A stretch of 32,868 bases of DNA from an uncultured Candidatus Saccharibacteria bacterium. Lineage in GTDB: Bacteria; Patescibacteriota; Minisyncoccia; Minisyncoccales; GWA2-38-27. The first letter of the stretch is position 1. Every line of letters begins with the position of its first letter. Both the position numbers and the translations under genes were made by a program. The notes under the pieces are model-generated. The model saw only the letters and a program-made list of their open reading frames with translations. It was not told the origin of the DNA and did not search any database. Location: NCBI GenBank assembly GCA_964418955.1, contig CAYQNN010000002.1, positions 1-32,868 of the forward strand, in the 5' to 3' direction. This document shows positions 8,576 through 16,672 of the stretch, piece by piece.

Positions 8576-8592
8576 ATTAAAAATTAAAAATC

Positions 8593-10053
8593 TTATTTTT
8601 TAGGTTTCATTGTGGGAAATAAAATAACCTCTCGCAAGCTGTGAGAATCGGTTAACAATGCCGTTAAACGGTCAATACCCATGCCAAAGCCGGCGGCCGG
8701 AGGCATACCGTATTCCAATGCCTCAATAAAATCTTCATCCATTCTTTGGGCTTCTTCAAAGCCCTGTTTAAATATCTTTTCCTGCTCTTTAAATCTTCTT
8801 CTTTGCTCAATTGGATTATTAAGCTCGGAAAATGCTTTAACTAATTCCATACCAACGCTTACCAACTGAAAACTGGCAGATTTTTTAGGATTTTTATCAA
8901 AAGGTTTGGCCAAAGGAAACATTCCTGCCGGATAATTTATAATAAATATCGGCTGTAAAATTTTCGGACGGCAGCACTTCTTGTAAATTTCGTCGGCAAT
9001 ATTATTTTTATCTCCCTCCGCTTTTACGCCCATCTTTTTTGCTTTTTTCCGAAGGGCTTCTATGTGTATTTCGTCTAAATCAATTTTTGTGTATTTTCTG
9101 AAAAGTTGGTTAAATTCAATCCGCGGCCAAGGAGTTTTAAAGCTAATCTTTTTCCCTTCATATTCTATTTCCAGTTTTCCAAACAAATTTTTCAGCAAAA
9201 CCGAAAACATTTTTTCTGCAAATTTCATTAAATCCTTGTAATCGGCATAAGCCCAGTAAAATTCCAGCATAGTAAAATCAGGATTATGAGCCCTGTCCAC
9301 TCCTTCATTTCTAAAACACTTTCCGATTTCATACACCTTTTCAAATCCGCCAACTAAAAGCCGTTTTAAATAAAGTTCCGGCGAAATTCTTAAATATAAA
9401 TCAACATCAAGCGCGTTTAAATGGGTTTTAAACGGCTTGGCTTTCGCGCCTCCGTAAATTGGCTGTAAAATAGGCGTTTCTACCTCTAAAAACTCTTCAC
9501 TCTCCAAAAATTTTCTGATTTCTTTAATAACTTTTGAACGCAGTTCAAATTTCTTTTTAACTTCCGGGTTAAAAATTAAATCTAAATATCTTTTCCTGTA
9601 TCTTCCCTCCACATCTTTTAGGCCGTGCCATTTTTCCGGCAGAGGAAGTAAAGATTTAGCTAAAATTTTATAATCTGCTATTTCCAATGTTTTTTCTCCT
9701 TTTTTTGTTTTGAATAAAATTCCTCTGATTTCAATAAAATCTCCGATATCAAAATTATCCAAGAAAAACTGATATCCTTTTTCTCCCAGCCGGTCTTTTT
9801 TGAATAAAACCTGAATTTGGCCTGTTCCGTCTTTAACATCACAAAAAGCAAGCCCTCCATGCTGCCTTAAGGATATTATTCTGCCAGCCAGAATTATTTC
9901 CTTTTTTGCCCTTGCCAATTTGTTAAAATCTTTAATGGTTTGAGCGCAACTATGAGTTCTTTTTGTCTGTTCGGGATAAGCCAAAAGTCCGGCGTTTTCA
10001 ATCGCCTTAAGTTTTTTGACCCGATTTTTTCTTATTTCATCTATTGTCGCCAT
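8593..10053 (-). CDS. lysS: Lysyl-tRNA synthetase, class II
   Basis: 486 aa. OB-fold N-terminus, CFRNEGVDRAHNPDFTMLEFY, GMPPAAGFGMGIDRL. Confidence 0.95.
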   Translation of the reverse strand: MATIDEIRKNRVKKLKAIENAGLLAYPEQTKRTHSCAQTIKDFNKLARAKKEIILAGRIISLRQHGGLAFCDVKDGTGQIQVLFKKDRLGEKGYQFFLDNFDIGDFIEIRGILFKTKKGEKTLEIADYKILAKSLLPLPEKWHGLKDVEGRYRKRYLDLIFNPEVKKKFELRSKVIKEIRKFLESEEFLEVETPILQPIYGGAKAKPFKTHLNALDVDLYLRISPELYLKRLLVGGFEKVYEIGKCFRNEGVDRAHNPDFTMLEFYWAYADYKDLMKFAEKMFSVLLKNLFGKLEIEYEGKKISFKTPWPRIEFNQLFRKYTKIDLDEIHIEALRKKAKKMGVKAEGDKNNIADEIYKKCCRPKILQPIFIINYPAGMFPLAKPFDKNPKKSASFQLVSVGMELVKAFSELNNPIEQRRRFKEQEKIFKQGFEEAQRMDEDFIEALEYGMPPAAGFGMGIDRLTALLTDSHSLREVILFPTMKPKK

Positions 10054-10092
10054 TGTATTAGTTTAACTTATTTTTTATCTTGGGTCAAAACC

Positions 10093-10122
10093 AAAAAACG
10101 GCTCCGCTCAGCGGAGCCGTTT
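10093..10122 (-). terminator. Intrinsic terminator
   Basis: 12-bp stem AAACGGCTCCGC/GCGGAGCCGTTT with a T-run on the minus strand. Confidence 0.8.
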
Positions 10123-10132
10123 CCTTTAATAC

Positions 10133-10903
10133 CTAATCAATAAATTTAAAAGTAGAAATAATTTTTTCAATAATTTCAAGTCTCTCTTTTCTAACCTTCT
10201 CATAATCTTTCTCGTCTTTCGTGCCGTAACCAGTAGTGTAACTTATCTCAAAAAGATGTTTTGAATTCTGAATATATATTGATATTTGATCGTCGTAGTC
10301 TTCTTCATTGCCAAATCGAAGTCTTTTTGCATAACCAATTGTACTATCCAAATTAATTTTTGAATAATCGGCAAAAGACAGATTAATAAGTTTTTTATAA
10401 TAATCAGGGTCACTTTTATATATATCAATCTCGTTTTTCACATATTTTTCTAGATCTTCTACTGGTTCAACAGAAACTAAAAAGCTTATTCCTGCTTTTC
10501 CATCAAGCCAAGCGCCTGGAGTCCATTTACCAGTCGTAGATCCAATGAATCCTTCCAACGCTGGGAAATCGCTACCGAGAGTTACATTTGTGCCACCCAC
10601 CGGAGAAAATTTACTAAAATTTGCCGCAATTGGAATAGAGTTAATGGTTTCAGGATACTTTATCTCGTACCCATACTCCTCGTTTCTATAAACATTCCAA
10701 TCAGCGGTTTCGGATTTTGGCGTTTCTGTTTCTTCCGGCGTTTCTGTCTTTGGTAAATTAGCAGAAGGGATGTTTATTTCTCCTTGTTTAGGCAACCAAA
10801 CATACTGATAAGAAAGAAAGACAACAGCGCCAACAATGGCTACCAAGATTACAACTATAATCCCGAATGAAGATGAAATGCCTTTTTGATTTTGATTATT
10901 CAT
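10133..10903 (-). CDS. Hypothetical N-terminally anchored extracytoplasmic protein
   Basis: 256 aa. One TM helix, a T/E/P-rich linker, then WNVYRNEEYGYEIKYP. Has its own promoter (10947-10975) and terminator (10093-10122). Confidence 0.6.
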   Translation of the reverse strand: MNNQNQKGISSSFGIIVVILVAIVGAVVFLSYQYVWLPKQGEINIPSANLPKTETPEETETPKSETADWNVYRNEEYGYEIKYPETINSIPIAANFSKFSPVGGTNVTLGSDFPALEGFIGSTTGKWTPGAWLDGKAGISFLVSVEPVEDLEKYVKNEIDIYKSDPDYYKKLINLSFADYSKINLDSTIGYAKRLRFGNEEDYDDQISIYIQNSKHLFEISYTTGYGTKDEKDYEKVRKERLEIIEKIISTFKFID

Positions 10904-10946
10904 AGTTTGAAAAAAAATTAATTTATTAACTCTTAACCTTTAATAT

Positions 10947-10975
10947 ATTTTACCTTCCCTTGAAAGTTCTGTCAA
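10947..10975 (-). promoter_or_regulatory. sigma70-like promoter, TTGACA-17-TAAAAT
   Basis: Minus-strand reading. Upstream of CDS 10133..10903. Confidence 0.55.
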
Positions 10976-10976
10976 T

Positions 10977-11012
10977 AAAAAAAAGCGTTTTAGTTTTAAA
11001 CTAAAACGCTTT
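10977..11012 (-). terminator. Intrinsic terminator of the PEP-CTERM gene
   Basis: 14-bp perfect stem AAAGCGTTTTAGTT/AACTAAAACGCTTT with a T-run on the minus strand. Confidence 0.8.
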
Positions 11013-11030
11013 AGACAATTTTCTTGCCCA

Positions 11031-11696
11031 CTATCCTTCTAGGCGGTTTTTCCCCCGGCGAAGCAAGGTAACAACCCCCAAACCAAGCAAACATATTGTT
11101 GCCGGTTCCGGCGCCGTCTGAATGAAGGGAGTACCTATTATTTGAGCTTCAGCCAAGGTATCGGCAATGAAATGACCGGTAATGTAGTAATCAGCCGACC
11201 ATCTGGTTAGATTCTGCCAGGAATCTTGGTTTTCGTGGTAGAAAAAATTTGCAGAGTCAATACTTGCCGGCGAGACGCCATAACTGGCATAAACCCCGAA
11301 AACTGCTTCCTCTCTTTGAGAATAAGACGTTCCCAGGTAGCTAGATAGATTTATATTTGAAAAATCAATATTGCTACTCTGATTTTTCTCAAAACCATCC
11401 GGCAATTCGCCATCGCCAAGATACCAGCCACTAACATGCAGGCTGGCATTCCACTTACTGGGGTCTTCAGAATAAGCATAGAAATTCCAACTAGCCCATC
11501 CCGGAATACAATTTTCCACTTCTATGTTTAAGAATGCCCAGGCAGAATCCCCGTTTTGCTGAGAGCTATAGTTTGACCAAAGACCAGGCAAATTAAAACT
11601 CCCAGAGGAACCTTCCATGGATCCCATAGCGGCAAAAACGCTGCTTCCCAGCAAACATACCGCTCCAATTACTAACGCAACTATTAACTTTTTCAT
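11031..11696 (-). CDS. PEP-CTERM sorting-domain secreted protein
   Basis: 221 aa. Signal peptide MKKLIVALVIGAVCLLGSSVFA. The C-terminus APEPATICLLGLGVVTLLRRGKNR matches PEP motif, TM helix and basic tail. G+C is much higher than in neighbours (hand counts 30/60 and 32/60 on two lines). Confidence 0.75.
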   Translation of the reverse strand: MKKLIVALVIGAVCLLGSSVFAAMGSMEGSSGSFNLPGLWSNYSSQQNGDSAWAFLNIEVENCIPGWASWNFYAYSEDPSKWNASLHVSGWYLGDGELPDGFEKNQSSNIDFSNINLSSYLGTSYSQREEAVFGVYASYGVSPASIDSANFFYHENQDSWQNLTRWSADYYITGHFIADTLAEAQIIGTPFIQTAPEPATICLLGLGVVTLLRRGKNRLEG

Positions 11697-11871
11697 TTTC
11701 CTTCCTTTCTTTTCTTGTTCGGTTAATTAATACAATCCTTTTATTCCGCGCTATGCGAAACAAAACAACCAATACCGTCAATTCCTTCCGGCGGAGACCT
11801 TTCCATAACGCTATCCTTTCCATTTAAAAACCAATAAAATTTTTAAAAAGCAACTTACTCTAATTTGTTGC
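11697..11871 (-). promoter_or_regulatory. Long GGA-dense 5' leader of the PEP-CTERM gene (candidate CsrA-binding leader)
   Basis: Nine GGA triplets on the transcribed strand. As TCC on the plus strand they start at 11699, 11703, 11736, 11745, 11783, 11787, 11802, 11814 and 11819. Two of them lie in the Shine-Dalgarno region AAAGGAAGGAAAATG. Confidence 0.45.
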
Positions 11872-11899
11872 ATCATAGCATATTAATATATTTTGTCAA
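11872..11899 (-). promoter_or_regulatory. sigma70-like promoter, TTGACA-16-TATGAT, for the PEP-CTERM gene
   Basis: Minus-strand reading. The -35 element overlaps the capA stop codon. Confidence 0.6.
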
Positions 11900-12909
11900 G
11901 AGCTTGGCGCTTGGGGTTGAAAAAAATCAGAAATTTCTATTTTTTTAGAGCTTATCTCTTTCATTTTTTTGTCCTCAATAATTACCTTAAGCAACAATCC
12001 TTCCATCGTTTCTTCGGAAAAACCCTGGTCAAAAACAAAATTTCCTAAACTATAAGCAATCCAGCCATCTTTATATTTCTCTATCGGTTGAATAACATGG
12101 GGATGGTGGCCTATTACTAAATCAGCGCCGGAATTGATTGCTAAATGGGCGAAATACTTTTGTTCCTCGTTCGGCTGTCTTTGATACTCTTCGCCCCAAT
12201 GGAATGAAACTATTACCAAATCACTTTTTTCTTTTGCTTTTTTGATATCGTCTTCTATCCTTTCGTCTAACCAGCCAATTCCAGACCGGGTTTCCGTTGC
12301 CTGCCAGTATTCTGAACCCTTATTGGCATAACCAAGAAAAGTAATTTTTGTATCTTTAATTTCTTCGGTTATTCCCGCCCTAATCTCTTTCTCGTTAAAT
12401 CCTCCGCCAACATAATTAATCCCGACTTCTTTCAATCTTTTAAAATTATCTTCCATCGCTTCTCTGCTATAATCAAAAATGTGGTTATTGGCAACCGAAA
12501 CAATATCAAAGCCGGCATAAGTTAACCCATCTATTGCTTCCGGTTTTGCCCGAAAAGAATAAATACTTCCAACCTTTACGCCTTTGTCGGAAATTACACT
12601 TTCCAAATTACCAAATAAAATATCTGCCTTTTTTAAATAATCGGCAATTTTTAAAAAGGGGAATTTAAAGTCGTTATTTCCTTCTTTTTCAATCTCATAT
12701 TCTACTCCCCTATCAAGCATAATATCTCCGACGGCAAAAATAATAATTTTTGAATCTTCCGCTCTTTTGGCGCTTATTAACCCTAACGAGGCGGTCTCTT
12801 TTTCTTTTTTTGAAAAATTTATCCGGTAGGGAAAAGTAAAATTCAGAGCAACAAATCCAAGCCATCCAATTAAAGCAATAATTAAGATTAGATAAAAAAA
12901 TCGCTTCAT
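11896..12909 (-). CDS. CapA-family (PGA_cap metallophosphoesterase-like) protein
   Basis: 337 aa. N-terminal TM helix, GDIMLDRGV, GNLESV, SVANNHIFDY, IGHHPHVIQP. Confidence 0.8.
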   Translation of the reverse strand: MKRFFYLILIIALIGWLGFVALNFTFPYRINFSKKEKETASLGLISAKRAEDSKIIIFAVGDIMLDRGVEYEIEKEGNNDFKFPFLKIADYLKKADILFGNLESVISDKGVKVGSIYSFRAKPEAIDGLTYAGFDIVSVANNHIFDYSREAMEDNFKRLKEVGINYVGGGFNEKEIRAGITEEIKDTKITFLGYANKGSEYWQATETRSGIGWLDERIEDDIKKAKEKSDLVIVSFHWGEEYQRQPNEEQKYFAHLAINSGADLVIGHHPHVIQPIEKYKDGWIAYSLGNFVFDQGFSEETMEGLLLKVIIEDKKMKEISSKKIEISDFFQPQAPSS

Positions 12910-12958
12910 ATAAAGATTTAAGCGAAAAAAATATCAAGCTAACAGTCCGCAAAAGGAC

Positions 12959-14077
12959 TCATTGGCTCAAATATTCAACGATATATTGAGCAACTATTTT
13001 AGCTGCCCGGGGGCGGGCGTTTTCTTTTGCTATCTGTCCCATTTCTTTTAATTTTTCGGGATGAGAAAATAACTGCTTCATTTTTTCTAAAAGAAAATGA
13101 GGCCTAAAATTTGCTTCTTCCATTACCAAGGCAGCTCCATTTTCGGCGAAAACATAAGCGTTTTTCACTTGATGATTTTGAGCGGCATTTTTTAAGGGAA
13201 CCAAAATACTTGGTTTGCCAGCCGCGGCAATTTCAAAAATAGCTCCTGCGCCTGCTCTGCTAATAATTAAATCAGCTGCCTTTAAAGCTACTGCTAATTC
13301 TACTTCATTTAAAAATGAAAAAGGATGGTAATATTTTTCTAAATCTTTAGTTATCATAACTTTGGCTTCTTTCTTTACTTGTTCAAAATTTTTTCTGCCC
13401 GTTTGATGAATTACTTCAAAGTTTTTCAAAAAATCTGATAAAATTGACAGCAATTCATCGTTTATCCTCTGAGATCCTTGAGAACCCCCTAAAATTAAGA
13501 CCACTGGCTTTTCTCCTGTTAGTTTAAGTATTTTTTTAGGGTCTTCTTCAGAGCCGGATAAAATATCTTCCCTTAAGGGATTACCGACAGAAATCATTTT
13601 TTTTGCCGAAAAATAACTGGTTTTTTCAACCGGAAAGGCGGTAAAAACCTCCAAGGCAAACTTGCTTGCAAATTTATTGGCTAAGCCGGGAGAAACATCT
13701 GACTCATGGATAAAAACCGGGACTAGCAACATCCAGCCAACAGCTACTACCGGCATTGAACCGTAACCGCCTTTACTAAAAATAATATCGGGCGAAATAA
13801 CAAAAACATAATAAAATGCTTGAAAAAAACTTAAGGGAAATTTAAAAATAAGGTCGATAATATTCCGAAAGGAAAAATATCTTCTGATCTTTCCGGCGGA
13901 AATAGTTTTTACTTCTACCCCTTCCTCGGAAAGCAAGTCTTTAGCAAATTTATCTTCTGGTCCAACGTAAAAAAACTGAAAATCACCATAGGGATTGTTT
14001 TTCTTTATTTCTCTGACAACGGCAATTATTGGGAAAATGTGTCCGGCAGTACCGCCGCCGGCAAATAATATTTTCAT
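12959..14077 (-). CDS. murG: Undecaprenyl-PP-MurNAc-pentapeptide GlcNAc transferase (MurG)
   Basis: 372 aa. GGGTAGHIFP, ISRAGAGAIFEIAAAGKPSILVP. Confidence 0.95.
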   Translation of the reverse strand: MKILFAGGGTAGHIFPIIAVVREIKKNNPYGDFQFFYVGPEDKFAKDLLSEEGVEVKTISAGKIRRYFSFRNIIDLIFKFPLSFFQAFYYVFVISPDIIFSKGGYGSMPVVAVGWMLLVPVFIHESDVSPGLANKFASKFALEVFTAFPVEKTSYFSAKKMISVGNPLREDILSGSEEDPKKILKLTGEKPVVLILGGSQGSQRINDELLSILSDFLKNFEVIHQTGRKNFEQVKKEAKVMITKDLEKYYHPFSFLNEVELAVALKAADLIISRAGAGAIFEIAAAGKPSILVPLKNAAQNHQVKNAYVFAENGAALVMEEANFRPHFLLEKMKQLFSHPEKLKEMGQIAKENARPRAAKIVAQYIVEYLSQ

Positions 14078-14124
14078 ATTAGTTATGAGAATTGGTTATT
14101 TAACCAAAAACTAATTTCATTTTA

Positions 14125-15237
14125 TCATCTTTTCTTAGATTTAGAAATATTCAACAATATTCCTATACCTATTAGTTCAACAGCTATGTGCGAACCGCCA
14201 TAACTAATAAAAGGCAAGGGAATACCGGTAATGGGCAAAATTTCTGTCATAGCGCTGATATTAATAAATGCCTGAAGGCAAATCCAGGAAGTTAAACCAA
14301 TAGCGAATAATTGAGAAAATTTATTATCAGCGCTTCTTGCAATTTTTATTCCTCGCCAAAGAAACGCCAGATAAAAAAAGATTAAAACTAAAGAACCGGC
14401 TAATCCTAACTCCTCGGCAATGACAGTAAAAATTGAATCTGATATCGGCTGAGGCACATATAAGGCCTGATTTGACGCTCCAAGACCCAAACCGAAAATT
14501 CCTCCAGAGCCAATAGCAATTTTTGCCTTTTCTATTTGATACCCTATTCCTAATGGATCTCGAATTAGCCCTAAAAGCACAAAAATTCTTTTTATCCGAT
14601 AAGAAGAAATAATCGTAAAGACGGAAAAAATACTTAAGCCAATTAAAAATATTAAAATATTATGCCAAATTGACGTTCCGGAAGAAAAATATATTAGAAA
14701 GGCAACTACGGCAATTACTAATAGTGTGCTTAAATCTGATTGAAAATATAAAAGAACAATAATAATACCTAAAATTATTAAGAAAGGGATCAAAGTTAGC
14801 TTCCATTCTTTTTTCCTTTTTCCCCCCAATGTTTTATTTGCCAATAAAGCCGAAAGATAAATAATAAAGGCGAGTTTTAAAAGTTCTGACGGCTGGAAAG
14901 TAAATTGTCCGAAGTTTATCCAGCGGGAAGCGCCGCCAGAAGAAATTTTAAGTCCGGGTATAAAAATCAAACTCATTAAAATTAAGCTTACCAAGATAAA
15001 TATCCAAGACCATTTTTTTATAAAAGATAAGGGTATTTTAAAAACGATAAACCCTAAAACTCCTCCCAGAAGGAGTCCATAAATTAGTTGATGAAAAAGA
15101 TAATGAGTGGTATTTCCGAACTGCTGTTGGGAAATAACGGCAGAAATTCCTGCTGAAACCAAAAGTCCCAAAATCAATAAAACCGCTACTATAATAATTA
15201 AAAAATAATCAGGATGATTGGTTTTTTCTTTAGTCAT
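14125..15237 (-). CDS. ftsW: SEDS-family peptidoglycan glycosyltransferase FtsW/RodA
   Basis: 370 aa polytopic membrane protein. QPSELLK, AEELGL, PLPFISYGGS. Lies between murD and murG. Confidence 0.9.
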   Translation of the reverse strand: MTKEKTNHPDYFLIIIVAVLLILGLLVSAGISAVISQQQFGNTTHYLFHQLIYGLLLGGVLGFIVFKIPLSFIKKWSWIFILVSLILMSLIFIPGLKISSGGASRWINFGQFTFQPSELLKLAFIIYLSALLANKTLGGKRKKEWKLTLIPFLIILGIIIVLLYFQSDLSTLLVIAVVAFLIYFSSGTSIWHNILIFLIGLSIFSVFTIISSYRIKRIFVLLGLIRDPLGIGYQIEKAKIAIGSGGIFGLGLGASNQALYVPQPISDSIFTVIAEELGLAGSLVLIFFYLAFLWRGIKIARSADNKFSQLFAIGLTSWICLQAFINISAMTEILPITGIPLPFISYGGSHIAVELIGIGILLNISKSKKR

Positions 15238-15242
15238 AGGGC

Positions 15243-16544
15243 TTAGGGTGTGGGATTTGAACCCTTTGCCGATTTAATAAATTGTTTTCCCCTATCAAAT
15301 TCATTTTTGAATAAATTAAAACTGGCCGCTCCGGGAGAAAGTAAAATAATATCGCCCTTTTTGGCTTGTTTTGACGCTTTTTTTACCGCTTCTTTCATTG
15401 AATTTACGAGAAAAACAGAGACCCGTTCTCTGTCAACTGACAGAGAACGGGTCTCTGACATTTTTTTCAATCTTTTTTTAATTTTATTTGTAGCTGTGCC
15501 CGGCAGAAGAATAAGAGAGCTTATCTCTTTTTGGATTTCTTTTGCTAAGCTTTTATAATTTAGTTTTTTATCCTGACCACCGGCAATGAGAATAATTTTC
15601 GATTTAGGAAATTTTTCCCTGAAAGCAGCTATCGCTAATATTGCCGACTGAGGCGTGGTAGCAGTAGTATCATTGATGTATCTTATTCCTCTCTTCATAG
15701 CAATCAGCTCCTGCCTGTTGGAAACGCCCTTAAAATTAGAAAGAACTTTTTTAATATTTTTTTTAGAAACTTTGAAAATTTTAGCCACAGCAATGGCAGC
15801 TGAATTATTAGAACCTTTAAAAAAATGAACCCTTGAATGACCTTTTAAGACAAGCTTTCTTACCTCAAGGTCATTATAATTTAAAACTAAAATATCATTT
15901 TTTTTCTGGTATTTAAAAATTGGTTCTTTTGCTTTAATATAATCTTTAAAATTTTTATATCTGTCCAAATGGTCAGGGAAAAGATTGGTAATAACCGCCA
16001 CCTGCGGACTTTTCTTCAAATCCTCCAATTCAAAACTGGAAAGTTCTAAAACAACCCTACTTTTTTTATTCACTTTTGGCAGGATTTCCAAGGGTGAAAC
16101 TCCAATATTGCCGGCTAAAACAGTGTTTGGATACTTAGTTTTTAAAAATAAATAGATAAGAGTAGCAACGGTTGATTTGCCCTTGGTGCCGGTAATCCCA
16201 ATAATCGGAGCTTTGCATAAATCAAAAAAAATATCTATATCGGTTTTTATAGGAATTTCATGTTTTCTAGCAAATTTAAGATAAGGGGAGTTTTGAGGTA
16301 CAGCCGGATTTTTAATAATTAAGTCTGTATTGATAAAATCTTCCTTTCTGTGCTTACCCAATACAAATTTTATGGGAAAACCTTTAAGTTTTTGGAGAGA
16401 TTCTTTCAATTGGCTTTTAGTTTTTAAATCCGTTACAAGAGGTTTAGCTCCTTGTTGACAAAAAAATTTGGCTGTTCCTACTCCTCCGCCGTGTAATCCT
16501 AATCCTATTATGGTTACCTTTTTACCATTAAATATTTTTTTCAT
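15243..16544 (-). CDS. murD: UDP-MurNAc-L-Ala--D-Glu ligase (MurD)
   Basis: 433 aa. N-terminal GLGLHGGG Rossmann-like region, GITGTKGKSTV, C-terminal LLSPGAASFNLFKNEFDRGKQF. Confidence 0.9.
   Translation of the reverse strand: MKKIFNGKKVTIIGLGLHGGGVGTAKFFCQQGAKPLVTDLKTKSQLKESLQKLKGFPIKFVLGKHRKEDFINTDLIIKNPAVPQNSPYLKFARKHEIPIKTDIDIFFDLCKAPIIGITGTKGKSTVATLIYLFLKTKYPNTVLAGNIGVSPLEILPKVNKKSRVVLELSSFELEDLKKSPQVAVITNLFPDHLDRYKNFKDYIKAKEPIFKYQKKNDILVLNYNDLEVRKLVLKGHSRVHFFKGSNNSAAIAVAKIFKVSKKNIKKVLSNFKGVSNRQELIAMKRGIRYINDTTATTPQSAILAIAAFREKFPKSKIILIAGGQDKKLNYKSLAKEIQKEISSLILLPGTATNKIKKRLKKMSETRSLSVDRERVSVFLVNSMKEAVKKASKQAKKGDIILLSPGAASFNLFKNEFDRGKQFIKSAKGSNPTP
15416..15457. repeat. 42-nt palindrome (20-bp perfect arms) inside murD
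   Basis: CAGAGACCCGTTCTCTGTCA-ac-TGACAGAGAACGGGTCTCTG. Confidence 0.95.
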
Positions 16545-16558
16545 ATTATCGTCTAATT

Positions 16559-16576
16559 AAATGTCGCACAATAAAA
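16559..16576. repeat. 18-nt exact repeat AAATGTCGCACAATAAAA, copy 1
   Basis: Identical to 32405-32422. Both copies abut a hairpin. Confidence 0.8.
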
Positions 16577-16607
16577 ACCTTTCGTCCCGCTTCTAGCGGG
16601 AAACCTT
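16575..16607. repeat. Intergenic CCCGC-TTCTA-GCGGG hairpin flanked by a 7-nt direct repeat AAACCTT
   Basis: AAACCTT-tcgtCCCGCttctaGCGGG-AAACCTT. The loop orientation is opposite to the genic copies. Confidence 0.7.
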
Positions 16608-16672
16608 GATTTAGTTCACAGCGAGTTCGCCACGAGCTGCTAAGGTATAGATATACAATCTTGAATTAAAAA

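Noticed and set aside
11593-12952. ORFs 11593..11823 and 12713..12952 on the minus strand.
   Set aside because: The first lies within the GGA-rich leader and overlaps the PEP-CTERM start in another frame. The second overlaps the capA 5' end. Neither has a recognisable motif or a ribosome-binding site.
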